A stretch of 64,000 nt of DNA from Minisyncoccota bacterium (GCA_036517475.1 DATDVZ010000007.1:1706-65705), one strand, 5' to 3'; counted from the first letter of the stretch, positions 17,557-27,605 are shown. Numbers and translations are program-made. Notes: generated by a model not told the origin, from the letters alone.

Positions 17557-17762
17557 ATTAAAAATTTATTTGTTAATCCAGCACCCGATAAACACTAACA
17601 TCCCCATCTTTTACCATTAAAATAATATAGTAAATTTATTATAAACAAACTATATGCTAATTTGCGCCTGCCCCGTAATGAACGTAGTTCTACTATTGGG
17701 GTAAATAAGCATATAGTTTGACTTAGGGTTTATAGTTATAAAAATTAAATAAAAAACCCGTA

Positions 17763-18134
17763 TTAACGGGCTCTCTTTTGGAGAATTCTTTCTCGCGCTT
17801 CTGATGTTGCATTCAATCCTTTTTGCCGGATTTCTTCAGGGCTATCATAGGCATTCACCACAACAAATGCAACCGCTAATCGCTCCCTCTGACGTCTGAT
17901 TTGAAAATAGCGGATTGCTCTGTATGAACTTTTTATCTGAACAAAGATCTTACCAACATCCGTATGTGCAATAGCGTCAATTCCCCTATAATCCTCTTCT
18001 CTACTTGCTCTTTCAATTCTGTAAAGCCATTCCGGCAAAGGTACACCTTGTGAAAAAGCAGAGAAGAATTTGTTTTCATTAATTCTCCCCCTCTCTTGGC
18101 CGATTTTCCCAATCAAGCTTCTTACTCTAGACAC
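17763..18134 (-). CDS. PD-(D/E)xK-like nuclease-fold protein
   Basis: E...ED.RGID......IFVQIKSS; SD AGGAGG before GTG. Confidence 0.6.
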   Translation of the reverse strand: MSRVRSLIGKIGQERGRINENKFFSAFSQGVPLPEWLYRIERASREEDYRGIDAIAHTDVGKIFVQIKSSYRAIRYFQIRRQRERLAVAFVVVNAYDSPEEIRQKGLNATSEARERILQKRAR

Positions 18135-18251
18135 TACCCCTCCTTTTTAGATATCTTAAACTAATTTAAAACAATCCCCCAATTTTGTCAAAAAATTTTT
18201 TAGAATTTTGATTCTCTTATTCGTCTAGCAAGATCAAATTATATCAGTCCA

Positions 18252-18293
18252 CAAATCTATTCTCTTATTCTCGAGAATAAGAGAATAGATTTG
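18252..18293. repeat. 42-bp perfect palindrome; core repeated at 19550-19577 and imperfectly at 23902-23929
   Basis: Core ATTCTCTTATTCTCGAGAATAAGAGAAT. Confidence 0.85.
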
Positions 18294-18303
18294 GCAAAGA
18301 TTA

Positions 18304-18642
18304 TCAGCGGAGTTGGCTGCCCAGATCAATTGAAGGTTTCTTGGGTTCAATAAGCACCCAGCCGTCTCCCTCATTATTGCGGAAGCCGAGTGTAAGGACT
18401 TCAGAAGCAAAAGGTCCAATTTGTTTTGGCGAAAAATTTATTACGCAACACACTAAAGAATTCAATAATTCTTCTTTAGTATGCGCTCCGACAGCTTGAA
18501 CACTGGATTGTTTCGTCCCTACTTCAGTTCCAAAGTCAATTTTTAATTTATATGCCGGTTTTTTCGCTTCAGGAAAATCCGAAACCTCAACCACTTTCCC
18601 CACCCGAATATCAACTTTCTCAAAATCTTCGAATGTAATCAT
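18304..18642 (-). CDS. csaA: CsaA / tRNA-binding OB-fold protein
   Basis: ITFEDFEKVDIRVG, KPAYKLKIDFG, NFSPKQIGPFASEVLTLG. Confidence 0.9.
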   Translation of the reverse strand: MITFEDFEKVDIRVGKVVEVSDFPEAKKPAYKLKIDFGTEVGTKQSSVQAVGAHTKEELLNSLVCCVINFSPKQIGPFASEVLTLGFRNNEGDGWVLIEPKKPSIDLGSQLR

Positions 18643-18687
18643 AAATTTAGTATAGCAAAACTGCCTCGTCTTAACTTAAGACTTTTA

Positions 18688-18846
18688 ATATAGACCCTCG
18701 GGGCAAGCCCCGAGGTAATTAATACCGAGCTCATTCCATTCGCACTGAAGCGCGGCGAAGCCGCGCGGTATTAAACCTATATTAGCTCCTCGGCTCGGAA
18801 GTAAAAAAGTTTACTTTCTTACTTCTCTCGCTCTACGTCGCTAATA
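18688..18846 (+). mobile_element. Composite MITE-like structured repeat, copy 1
   Basis: ATATAGACCCTCGGGGCAAGCCCCGAGG...CTCTACGTCGCTAATA; homologous to 26597-26758 and 49096-49251. Confidence 0.8.
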
Positions 18847-18881
18847 AAAAAACCCCTCCTTATAAATGAGGGGGTGTGGGA

Positions 18882-19475
18882 TTAAACCCTTCGCTTGTTG
18901 GTATAGAGGCTTCTCCACCAACTTGAGGGTGACTCGTCGTACATTTCTTTACAAAGAGTTTTCGCTGATTCTGTAGTAAGGTATTTCATGTATGCATATG
19001 GCCGTGGAGTACTTTTGCCGGCAAGCCATGCAGCCGCCTCTTTATTGCCCTGCCACTCGTATTCTCGCAGCAGTAGGACTTGGTCTAGAACGTCGGCATC
19101 TTTGGCAACAAGGGCTTCGCGACTCTGGCGAGCAGCATATTCACGAGCAATTTCTGCTAGCTCTGGGAAAGGTAATCCGCCGAGCTGCTCATCAAGCACA
19201 GCCGCCTCGTCTTCACTTACATAGCGCTTGTGAATCCAGTTGTGATCATTAGTTCTGGATTCGCCGGTATCGTGTAGAAGGCACATCATGACAACTTTCT
19301 GCCAGTCCACTCCTTCCATTTTGGCAAGAAAGTAGCCAATGAACATTACTCGAAATGAATGCGTGGCAATGTTATCGGACATGTCATCAGTTAAGAGCGA
19401 CTGGCGATGAATCCGAGCAACTTTTCGCATCGTGCCAACTTCAAACAGAAACTGCACAATCCTCTCTGTGTCCAC
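18882..19475 (-). CDS. HD-domain hydrolase (YfbR/HDDC2-like nucleotidase)
   Basis: IATHSFRV, LLHDTGESRTND, KDADVLD; GTG start after GGAGG. Confidence 0.85.
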   Translation of the reverse strand: MDTERIVQFLFEVGTMRKVARIHRQSLLTDDMSDNIATHSFRVMFIGYFLAKMEGVDWQKVVMMCLLHDTGESRTNDHNWIHKRYVSEDEAAVLDEQLGGLPFPELAEIAREYAARQSREALVAKDADVLDQVLLLREYEWQGNKEAAAWLAGKSTPRPYAYMKYLTTESAKTLCKEMYDESPSSWWRSLYTNKRRV

Positions 19476-19676
19476 TTTTTCCTCCAAACAAGATCTGAAC
19501 ACAACCCTAGCATTTTTACATTAATTTTTAAAGCCCTCACTACAAAACCATTCTCTTATTCTCGAGAATAAGAGAATGGATTTTGCAAAGATTATCAGCG
19601 ATACTGGCTCAAGCAACACTAGCCCATTCCGGTTTTCTTAAGAAAACCGGAATTGATTTTAAAATAATCATTCCAG

Positions 19677-20198
19677 TTAATCAGAGGAAACCTCAAGTCT
19701 TCCAGTAATAACATATCCCGCAGATTCTAGTGCTTTCTTTTTATTGGAATTATTAGAAAATGACACTATTGTTTTTGATATATAAAGGTCTCCAAGTACT
19801 TCAACTTCAAACCTATAATCATTTGGATCAGATTCAACAAGTCCGATTTTTTTGAGAGCTTGTGAGGTGCTAATACCTTCAATACGCTTAATTTCCATGG
19901 TCTTTATTTTATTTTCTAAACCAACCCCCCTACCTTCATCACAGTGAGAATAAACTATTACTCCGCCTTTGTTATCTGCAATTGCTTTCATTGCTTTTGT
20001 AAGTTGAAGAGCACAATTACATTGTGTTGAGTGAAACGCCTCGCCAAAAAGACAAGTCGAGTGAATGCGTACAACGGGATTTCCAGCCTCCACATTGCCC
20101 AAGGAAAGTGAAACAAAATCTTTTCCACTAATTTTGTGATAATTGATTTTAAACTGACCGAATTCAGTCTGAATAATTGTCGTGGCTGTAATTGACAT
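19677..20198 (-). CDS. GTP cyclohydrolase II-like protein, non-canonical
   Basis: RIHSTCLFGEAFHSTQCNC (three Zn Cys), EGRGVGLENKIKTM, SNNSNKK. Confidence 0.85.
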   Translation of the reverse strand: MSITATTIIQTEFGQFKINYHKISGKDFVSLSLGNVEAGNPVVRIHSTCLFGEAFHSTQCNCALQLTKAMKAIADNKGGVIVYSHCDEGRGVGLENKIKTMEIKRIEGISTSQALKKIGLVESDPNDYRFEVEVLGDLYISKTIVSFSNNSNKKKALESAGYVITGRLEVSSD

Positions 20199-20219
20199 AA
20201 TTTTAGAAAATGAATTGGA

Positions 20220-20996
20220 TTAATTAATCTGTCTCATCCCCCATTTCACAGTTGTCAGTTTTTCAATTTTCTCAAAAATCAAAAATTCTGCCGCAATGCC
20301 AACCAATGCGATTATAATGATCCCCGCTATTACCTGATCGAACTTGAAAACCCACTGAGAAAGCCAGATGTATTTACCAAGCCCCCCAGCAGTTACAACA
20401 AGCATTTCTGCCCCAACAAGCGATCGCCACGCTGAACCAAAACCGGTGCGCAGTCCGCTTAAGATATTGGGCAAAGAACCCGGTAGAACAACCATCATTA
20501 CTGTTTTAAATGTACTCAATTTAAAATTTTTGGCAGTGAGCCACCAAACCTGGTCAATACTTCTTACTCCACCGATCACACTGTAAATTATTTTTGTAAA
20601 ACTGGATATCGCAACCATCGCCCAGATCGTTTCGCGAGTAAAACCAAAAATAAGAATGAGAAGCGGAAGCCAGGCTAAAGACGGAATAAGATATACGGCA
20701 GATATTATCGGTGAGAACATTTTCCTCACTGTTTCATTTATACCGATAAGGGTTCCCAGAATAACTGCAATTAGAGATGCAAAAACAAAGGCTGGGAAAA
20801 TATTCAATAAACTAATAATAAAAAGTCTTGGCAAAACACCGTTTATCAATAGTTCCCAGAATTTAGGGAAAACCTCACTCGGAGGAGGAAAGAGCATGGT
20901 GAAGAAATTACTTCCGGTAGCTAACAACTGCCATATAATTATTACGGCTATAAAAGGCAGAGCGCCCAGAAGTATATTTTTAGTTTTGTCCGCCAT
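20220..20996 (-). CDS. NitT/TauT-family ABC transporter permease
   Basis: PPPSEV, IPSLAWLP, LVGAEML, multiple TM helices. Confidence 0.9.
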   Translation of the reverse strand: MADKTKNILLGALPFIAVIIIWQLLATGSNFFTMLFPPPSEVFPKFWELLINGVLPRLFIISLLNIFPAFVFASLIAVILGTLIGINETVRKMFSPIISAVYLIPSLAWLPLLILIFGFTRETIWAMVAISSFTKIIYSVIGGVRSIDQVWWLTAKNFKLSTFKTVMMVVLPGSLPNILSGLRTGFGSAWRSLVGAEMLVVTAGGLGKYIWLSQWVFKFDQVIAGIIIIALVGIAAEFLIFEKIEKLTTVKWGMRQIN

Positions 20997-21996
20997 AAAT
21001 TTCTTCCTGTAATTTTTTTAATTTGTCTGCAAACCTTAAATCATATATATCTTCCAGAGACAGGTCTTTGTCTATGATTCCCAGTTCTTTAGACTTTTTG
21101 ACCATCTCCATGCCAATTTTAGGGTCCTGCCAAACCGTGTTAATTACTGATGAGTTCCATTCGGACACTATTGTGTCTGGAGAATAGTCTACCGCCCCAT
21201 TGGTTTGTTCAATAATATCTTCCGACACAAGTATCGCTGCGGCGAAAGGATCGTTCTTGATAAGGGCGTGTGCCTCGCCATAAGCGTCAAAGAATTTGTC
21301 TAGCAAATCCTGGTTTTCATTGAGATATGCTGTGGTAACTAGAATTGAAGTTCTGGGTTGTAGTTGTTTGAAATGTTGGCTATTTTCCCATTCTGGTAAA
21401 ACAATCGCGCCTTCCTCAATAAATCTACTTGCATCTTGCGCCCCCACAATAGCAGCATCTGACAATTTTCTTTGCATTAGTGTTGAAACTCGGTAAGGAC
21501 CTTCAATGTCTATAAAGTTTATTTTACTGACATCTATATTATCTTTGTCCATTGCCACTCTAAAAGGGACATCATCTGAACCACCCGGAGAGACCGAGAC
21601 TGTTTTCCCGTATAAATCCCTAAAACTATTGATATTACTATCTGGCCTGACAAATATATATGTTGCAGAAAGAGACATTGGAGTAATAACTCTGGCGGGA
21701 ACTCCGCTTGCAATAATTGGAATAAAATCAACCATTCCGGCAGAACCGATATCAATATGCCCAGAGATCAACGCCAGCCTTACTTCTGCTCCGCCTTTCA
21801 TTGGCACCATCATTACTTCTAGATCGTGTTTTTTGAAATATCCGCCTTCTGAGGCCACCACAATAGCTGAGGAACCCAGACTTTGCGCACTATATCCGAT
21901 TCTAATCTCACTGTTAGTAATTGGCTTATCCTTTAATAATATTGCTCCAATAATTACTATTCCAATAACTACAATTATATATATTGATTTATTCAT
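20980..21996 (-). CDS. NitT/TauT (SsuA/THI5-like) ABC substrate-binding protein
   Basis: N-terminal anchor, IRIGY, GYFKKHDLEV, DLYGKTV. Confidence 0.88.
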   Translation of the reverse strand: MNKSIYIIVVIGIVIIGAILLKDKPITNSEIRIGYSAQSLGSSAIVVASEGGYFKKHDLEVMMVPMKGGAEVRLALISGHIDIGSAGMVDFIPIIASGVPARVITPMSLSATYIFVRPDSNINSFRDLYGKTVSVSPGGSDDVPFRVAMDKDNIDVSKINFIDIEGPYRVSTLMQRKLSDAAIVGAQDASRFIEEGAIVLPEWENSQHFKQLQPRTSILVTTAYLNENQDLLDKFFDAYGEAHALIKNDPFAAAILVSEDIIEQTNGAVDYSPDTIVSEWNSSVINTVWQDPKIGMEMVKKSKELGIIDKDLSLEDIYDLRFADKLKKLQEEIYGGQN

Positions 21997-22808
21997 ATTT
22001 TTTTAATTTGGGTTTCTAAAATCTGACCCAATACCTGCCTGTCGCTCAAATCACTATTAAGCGCCAGGTCAAACTCCAAAGCGATTTCTTTTTCGATGTC
22101 TTTGGCGATAGCGACAAACCCAGAGCTTCTTGGATCGCGTGGACGTGGCAGATCTATTTTATAAGTTTTTCTTATTTTTGCTGGCAAATTTGAGAAAAGG
22201 TAAATCCGATCAGCCAGGGTCAGAGCTTCATTGACGCTGTGAGTCACAAAAATTATTGTTTTTTTTGTTTCCTGCCAGATTTTTTCAAGATTTGATCTCA
22301 TATACTTCCTATACTCAGGATCAAGTGCAGAAAATGGTTCATCCAGAAGAAGGATTTTAGGGTTTGAAATAAGAGATCTAGCAATTATCACTTTTTGTCT
22401 CATGCCCCCAGAAAGCTTGTGCGGGTACCAATCTTTATATTTCTCGAGTCCCACCAGATTCAGATACTTCAAGACCATTTTATTTTTCTCTGCCGATAGT
22501 AGGTTTGAGTTCTCTAAGCCAAAAACAATATTTCCATGGACAGTTCTCCATGGAAATAGTGATGAGTCTTGAAATATCATCATTTTATCTGTATCTGGAC
22601 CAATGACTTTCTGCCCACCAAGAGTAATCTCACCCGAAGTCGGCTCAAGAAAACCTGCTATAAGATATAAAAACACAGTCTTACCAGAGCCACTCGGACC
22701 AAGTATGCAAACAAATTCACCCATCTCAACCTCCATACTTATCTGATCAATAACATGGTGTTGATTAGAGTCCTCAAAAACCTTACTTAGGTCTTTAACT
22801 TTCAACAT
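21993..22808 (-). CDS. NitT/TauT ABC transporter ATP-binding protein
   Basis: GPSGSGKT, LSGGMRQ, LLLDEPFSALD, VTHSVNEA. Confidence 0.95.
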   Translation of the reverse strand: MLKVKDLSKVFEDSNQHHVIDQISMEVEMGEFVCILGPSGSGKTVFLYLIAGFLEPTSGEITLGGQKVIGPDTDKMMIFQDSSLFPWRTVHGNIVFGLENSNLLSAEKNKMVLKYLNLVGLEKYKDWYPHKLSGGMRQKVIIARSLISNPKILLLDEPFSALDPEYRKYMRSNLEKIWQETKKTIIFVTHSVNEALTLADRIYLFSNLPAKIRKTYKIDLPRPRDPRSSGFVAIAKDIEKEIALEFDLALNSDLSDRQVLGQILETQIKKI

Positions 22809-22845
22809 TATTTTAGTCTTTCAGAACTAGTAACTATGTCAAGTA

Positions 22846-23322
22846 TTAATCCAGATTAAAATGTTTTGAAAAATCTTCTTTTTCCCAAGGAAAAACAATT
22901 TTCTCATCATCTTCACTCAAAACGTAAAAATCAGGAAGCTTTTGGCATTTATTTTTATTAGTAGCAAGAGTGGCTGTTTTAATTTCAGATGGTTCATATT
23001 TTTTTACAATAATCTCTGCGACTGTTTTAAGAGTGAAACCTGTGCTTGAGATTTCATCAACTAACAATAATTTTTTGTTTTTTAAGTTGATATCAGGTAG
23101 GTAAGTAATTTTTATTTCTTTTTTATTGTCCTTTTCCATTAATTTTGATGAAACAATCAACACATTACTTATGCCGATCTTCTTTGATAAGAAATATAGA
23201 GGTATTAGCCCACCTGTTGCAAGACCAACTATGTAATCGGGGTTAAAATCACTTGTCTTGATTACTGAAGCCAACGAGTTAGCAGCGACTTCAACTTCTT
23301 CCCATGTAATTTTTCTAACCAT
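22846..23322 (-). CDS. Type I phosphoribosyltransferase (purine PRT-like)
   Basis: GLATGGLIP, LLVDEISSTGFT, VFPWE. Confidence 0.85.
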   Translation of the reverse strand: MVRKITWEEVEVAANSLASVIKTSDFNPDYIVGLATGGLIPLYFLSKKIGISNVLIVSSKLMEKDNKKEIKITYLPDINLKNKKLLLVDEISSTGFTLKTVAEIIVKKYEPSEIKTATLATNKNKCQKLPDFYVLSEDDEKIVFPWEKEDFSKHFNLD

Positions 23323-23346
23323 AGATCAATCAATAAATCATTAATA

Positions 23347-23811
23347 CTAGAAATTTCCTACTTTATTAATTTTATATTCAATAATATTTCCATTATCTAA
23401 TAGGAATTCTCCCTTGAAGCAAGTGTTATCAATAACATACTGCAACCAGAGCCTGTCAGTTGACCACATTTGATTAAATGGTATCTCAGCAAATTTAAAC
23501 CATTTGGGTTTCATCTCGTCAGTTTCCATCGGGGTACCGCTAAAATCTTCAATCTTAAATATGTGGGTTTCAATTTTCTTTTGCTCATCCTGAGAAAAAG
23601 AAAAATTTAAAACACCGATTTTTTTTAGTTTGTTTGGAATTACTTTGCTTTCTTCAACTACTTCACGTATCGCAGCATCTTCGATCATTTCATTGCCTTC
23701 AACTTTGCCACCAAACCCATTCCATTTCCCTACTCCTGAACCTCTTTTTTTCAGCCCAAGTAAGATAGAATGTTCATTAGATAGAAACGAGAGAGTCATG
23801 ACTTTTTTCAT
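23347..23811 (-). CDS. Nudix hydrolase, MTH1/8-oxo-dGTPase-like
   Basis: LLGLKKRG.G.GKWNGFGGKVE..REVVEES, EMKPKWF, MWSTD. Confidence 0.88.
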   Translation of the reverse strand: MKKVMTLSFLSNEHSILLGLKKRGSGVGKWNGFGGKVEGNEMIEDAAIREVVEESKVIPNKLKKIGVLNFSFSQDEQKKIETHIFKIEDFSGTPMETDEMKPKWFKFAEIPFNQMWSTDRLWLQYVIDNTCFKGEFLLDNGNIIEYKINKVGNF

Positions 23812-24081
23812 AAATTTTCAAAAAAACTCTAGCATTTTTAACCCGTCATCGCCACTCTCCATTGCGGACAAGTCTTATTTTTTATACCCCACTACAAATT
23901 TATTCTCTTATTCTCGAGAATACAAGAATGGTTTAAATCATCAAAATTGCACTTCATAAAGAATTCATTTTTATACTATGAAATGATTATTATTTTGTTA
24001 TAGTGTTGTCATAATGCGTTAATGTAATCGTCATTATAAAAGTGCGTTATTTAATTATTTATCATTTATAAAATCAAGAAT

Positions 24082-24849
24082 ATGAAAACATATTGGACAG
24101 TGGCAATTGTTGCGGTGGTACTCATCGGAGGATTCTTCCTTCTGAAAAGTAACCCAAGCACCAATGAAAATACTGGGGATAATAACCAAACCAGTACTAC
24201 CACAGGAGAAGGAAGAGTATTTTTTTCAATTACTGACGCGGCCGCCTCAATGGGAAATATTTCAGAAGTCAAAATGACTGTAGGAAGTGTTGAGATGTAT
24301 AACCAGACAAAAGGCTGGGTTTCTGTTTCAACGGCGCCTAAAACTTATAACCTTCTTGAGCTTAAGAGCTCTGGTAAAAATGCATTAGTTGCTAGTTTCA
24401 GGGCGGCGGCGGGTACATATAACCAAGTGCGTTTACGGATTGATAAAGTGGTTGTCAGAACTAAAAATAATACTGAGGAGAATGCTGCCCTTGTTTCTTC
24501 AAGTATGACTCTCAATAGTAGTGTCAGAGTAAATGCTAATGAGGATTCAAGCGTAAATATTGATGTCCTTGCAGACAAATCTCTCTACACCACAACAAAG
24601 GGCGGCTATGTGTTTGCTCCCAATGTTAAAGTTGAGAGCAGAAGTGATGCAAATGTAACAACTAACTCTGACAGTACTGTTATCATAGACGGCGGAACAG
24701 TAGAGAGCTCCGGAACTTATGGAATGAATTTGGAGGGTAATATGATCTTGAATTTTCGACTTGATGTAAATGCTTCCTTTGATGTAACCGGTAATGTTCT
24801 CAAGGTTATTATGGGTACCACGACAACAACAATAGATCTGAAGCTATAA
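24082..24849 (+). CDS. DUF4382-like membrane-anchored protein
   Basis: N-terminal TM, SITDA, GTYNQVRL, GYVFAP. Confidence 0.7.
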   Translation: MKTYWTVAIVAVVLIGGFFLLKSNPSTNENTGDNNQTSTTTGEGRVFFSITDAAASMGNISEVKMTVGSVEMYNQTKGWVSVSTAPKTYNLLELKSSGKNALVASFRAAAGTYNQVRLRIDKVVVRTKNNTEENAALVSSSMTLNSSVRVNANEDSSVNIDVLADKSLYTTTKGGYVFAPNVKVESRSDANVTTNSDSTVIIDGGTVESSGTYGMNLEGNMILNFRLDVNASFDVTGNVLKVIMGTTTTTIDLKL

Positions 24850-24985
24850 CCCGTACTAAATTAATTGACTGATAACAAACAACTTATCCGATATAGCGGA
24901 TAAGTTGTTTTCAAATAACTTGATATTAAAATAATAATCTTTATAATCTTGAACCTGTGTTACATTAATAATATATAAATATTTT

Positions 24986-25186
24986 ATGACATTTAAAATG
25001 ACGTGCTCGTGTGGAGATACAATGAATGTTGAGGCAGAAAATCGAGATGAAGCAGTCGGGAAGTTCAAAGCAATGATGGATGAAGGAGCAATCAAGACTC
25101 ACATGGATGAAAAGCATCCGGGAGAACCCCTGATTTCTGTTGCCGATTGCCACAAAATGATTGAAGAGACAACAGTTGCTGTATAA
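24986..25186 (+). CDS. Small metal-binding protein (DUF1059-like)
   Basis: CSCG...H...H. Confidence 0.65.
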   Translation: MTFKMTCSCGDTMNVEAENRDEAVGKFKAMMDEGAIKTHMDEKHPGEPLISVADCHKMIEETTVAV

Positions 25187-25272
25187 CCAAACAGTTAAAT
25201 ATCCTTCTCCCCGCACTCACTGCGGGGTTTTCTAGTTAATGAAAAGCCCCACGAACATAAATGTTCGTGGGG

Positions 25273-26250
25273 CTAGGAAACTCCTTCAATGACTCCTCTG
25301 AGTGTATTCTTGAGGTTTTTTACCCAAGTAGAATGATTTTGAAGGTACCAAGCCCGAGCCGCCTGGCCATAGCTTCGCCGCTCGCAGCATGACATTGATA
25401 TCGCCTGATCACAAACTCGCTCAAGATCACGCGAGTCAACAAAATGGGCGACTCCCAGATTTTTTTTTACGCGTCTTTGGACTTTTACTAGAAGTCCCCT
25501 TTCAGGCGCTACGATCTCATTCATCGGTGCTCCATCAGTCGTGATAACAAGAGCACCGCATGATAGTCCTTCAACTATAGCGTGCCCCCATCCTTCTGCT
25601 TCTGAAGGGCAGACGTGAATGCCTGCACTATTTTGCAGTTTTATTACTTCTTCATCAGGAATCCAATTGGAAATGTAGCGGATGTTCGGGGCAACAGGCT
25701 CGTGGAGCGCGTCTTGCCAATCCGGATAAAGCATCCGGTGTACTACCACAAGCTCTGGCCACTCTGGGTGTCTGCACCATATATCTGTGATTTCTTTGGT
25801 GCCTTTTTGTGAGCTACCCCCGGCAATGTGAAGAACCATATTGATAGGTCGCTCCCAGACAGGACTCCCCCAAAGGTGATCTTCAGATGTAAAAGAAACA
25901 TATTCCGAAGGAATTTGCAATTGCCGGAAAATTTCATGAGCGTGTCGGGTTTTACAGAGTACCAGATCAATGTTCCTAAGATCTTGATAATTTGTCCACT
26001 CCTGATTCGGTATCAGGAAATTATGCCTGCTTGTGAGAAGCCAGCGTGATTGAACATGTTCAAGGTGAATGTTCGCCCTAAACGGCGGCTCACGGCTGAG
26101 TTGGTATTTTGCTAAATGCCGCACCCAAATTTTCCAGTCAAATTTCGCTGTATTTGTTACTGCACTACCAAACGGCCCAAGAGCACGCTCAAGAATTTTG
26201 GCATCCCGAGTGAGCCCGCCGCCATTCAAACGGGAAATAAGATGGAGCAT
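25273..26250 (-). CDS. GT-B glycosyltransferase (GT4-like)
   Basis: QKGT, CPSEAEGWGHAIVEGLSCG. Confidence 0.88.
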   Translation of the reverse strand: MLHLISRLNGGGLTRDAKILERALGPFGSAVTNTAKFDWKIWVRHLAKYQLSREPPFRANIHLEHVQSRWLLTSRHNFLIPNQEWTNYQDLRNIDLVLCKTRHAHEIFRQLQIPSEYVSFTSEDHLWGSPVWERPINMVLHIAGGSSQKGTKEITDIWCRHPEWPELVVVHRMLYPDWQDALHEPVAPNIRYISNWIPDEEVIKLQNSAGIHVCPSEAEGWGHAIVEGLSCGALVITTDGAPMNEIVAPERGLLVKVQRRVKKNLGVAHFVDSRDLERVCDQAISMSCCERRSYGQAARAWYLQNHSTWVKNLKNTLRGVIEGVS

Positions 26251-26356
26251 TCTGAAACCTCCTGATAAAAACTATTACAATATTCGTTCCAATATTCACA
26301 TTACTGTTTGACCAAAACTTGTCAAACCTTAAGAGCCGACAGAAAAAAAAGTTAAG

Positions 26357-26833
26357 TTAATTGAATTCAAAAAGTTTTGACTCAAAATTTTTGACCCTGT
26401 CTCTCTTGTCTATTTCAATCCCCTCTTTTTTGTAAAGACCCATACGGGATTTGCGATACTTCGCATTTATCCAGATTTTTCCGTTTGAGTAAACAATTCT
26501 ATGAAAGGGAATATTTTTTGCGCCTTCATCATAGGCATCTCCTAAAATTTTCGTAACTTTTCGCGCCATCATGGGATGCCCGCCAGCTGCCCGGTTTATT
26601 AGCGACGTAGAGCGAGAGAGGTAAAAAAGTAAACTTTTTTACTTCCGAGCCGAGGAGCTAATATAGGTTTAATACCGCCTGTCTTTGTCGCGCTTTTAGT
26701 GCGAGCGATAGGGAGTTCGGTATTAATTACCTCGGGGCTTTGCCCCGAGGGTCTATATCCTGCCATAAGTAGTTACCTTTCCTCTGGGAATTCTTAAAGC
26801 CATTATAAGAACCCTTTCATTAAAACTGAGCAT
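26357..26833 (-). pseudogene. Alkyltransferase-like (ATL/MGMT-family) gene interrupted by a MITE
   Basis: MLSFNERVLIMALRIPRGKVTTYGRI | insert starting with TAG | NRAAGGHPMMARKV...IPFHRIV; both halves in the same frame. Confidence 0.85.
26597..26758 (-). mobile_element. Composite MITE-like repeat, copy 2, inside the ATL gene
   Basis: Reverse-complement homolog of 18688-18846; ATA at both ends. Confidence 0.88.
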
Positions 26834-26836
26834 CTT

Positions 26837-27031
26837 CTATTTTTGGTATGGGACAATAAAAATTGCAATGATATAAGCGATAACCCCAGGGACAAAACCG
26901 GTGAAAATCACAACAAGAACCCAAAAGAGGCGTAAAATCGCCGGGTCAATATTAAAATACTGACCCAACCCTCCGCAGATCCCAGCAAATACTCTATTAG
27001 TCTTGCTCCTATAAAGTCGTTTTGTTTCCAT
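26837..27031 (-). CDS. PspC domain protein
   Basis: KRLYRS..RVFAGICGGLGQYFNIDP..RL. Confidence 0.92.
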   Translation of the reverse strand: METKRLYRSKTNRVFAGICGGLGQYFNIDPAILRLFWVLVVIFTGFVPGVIAYIIAIFIVPYQK

Positions 27032-27091
27032 GTTAATTGTTTGATTAGGCTTACTAATAATTACAACGATTTTACCAAATTAAATTTGATT

Positions 27092-27481
27092 TCATTTTTT
27101 ACTTTTTTTATTTCCCTTTTTAGTTTGAGTTTTCTTTTTGCTTTTTTCCTGCTTTTTATAGTTTTTGTATCTTCTTAAAATTTGTTCTATTTCAGATTGC
27201 GTTATTGTCCCGTCATCTATTCTGTCTAAAAAGTACTGAACCTGTCTTTCTTCATCATCCAAAATACCAATATCTTCCTCTAATTCTTCATATTCTTTTT
27301 GTTGATTTTCTCCTGATTCACCACTTTCCTCCATATCAGCAAAAAGATATGCCGCTTCAGCACTGACATCATCGCGCAATGCAGATAAATCCTCTAAACG
27401 ATCTTGGAGAGCTCGAGTAAGCTCCTTTGGATCAGGAGTCTCTTCAAACGGAACGCCCCCTTGTTCAAGTAACCCTTCCAT
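27092..27481 (-). CDS. Hypothetical acidic protein with Lys-rich tail
   Basis: 129-aa ORF, TATAAT upstream. Confidence 0.6.
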   Translation of the reverse strand: MEGLLEQGGVPFEETPDPKELTRALQDRLEDLSALRDDVSAEAAYLFADMEESGESGENQQKEYEELEEDIGILDDEERQVQYFLDRIDDGTITQSEIEQILRRYKNYKKQEKSKKKTQTKKGNKKSKK

Positions 27482-27605
27482 TATGTAGAAATTATAATCT
27501 ATTTAATAAAATTATATTAGGTCACATTTAAAACTTGACTTAGAGGCAATAAAAATATAAAACATCTTCAGAAATGCACCTAGTCAAAAATTAAAGGAGA
27601 TAAAA

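Noticed and set aside
19677-20198. Calling this gene ribA of riboflavin synthesis
   Set aside because: Tyr105 and Arg128 equivalents are substituted and no ribD/E/H genes are in the window.
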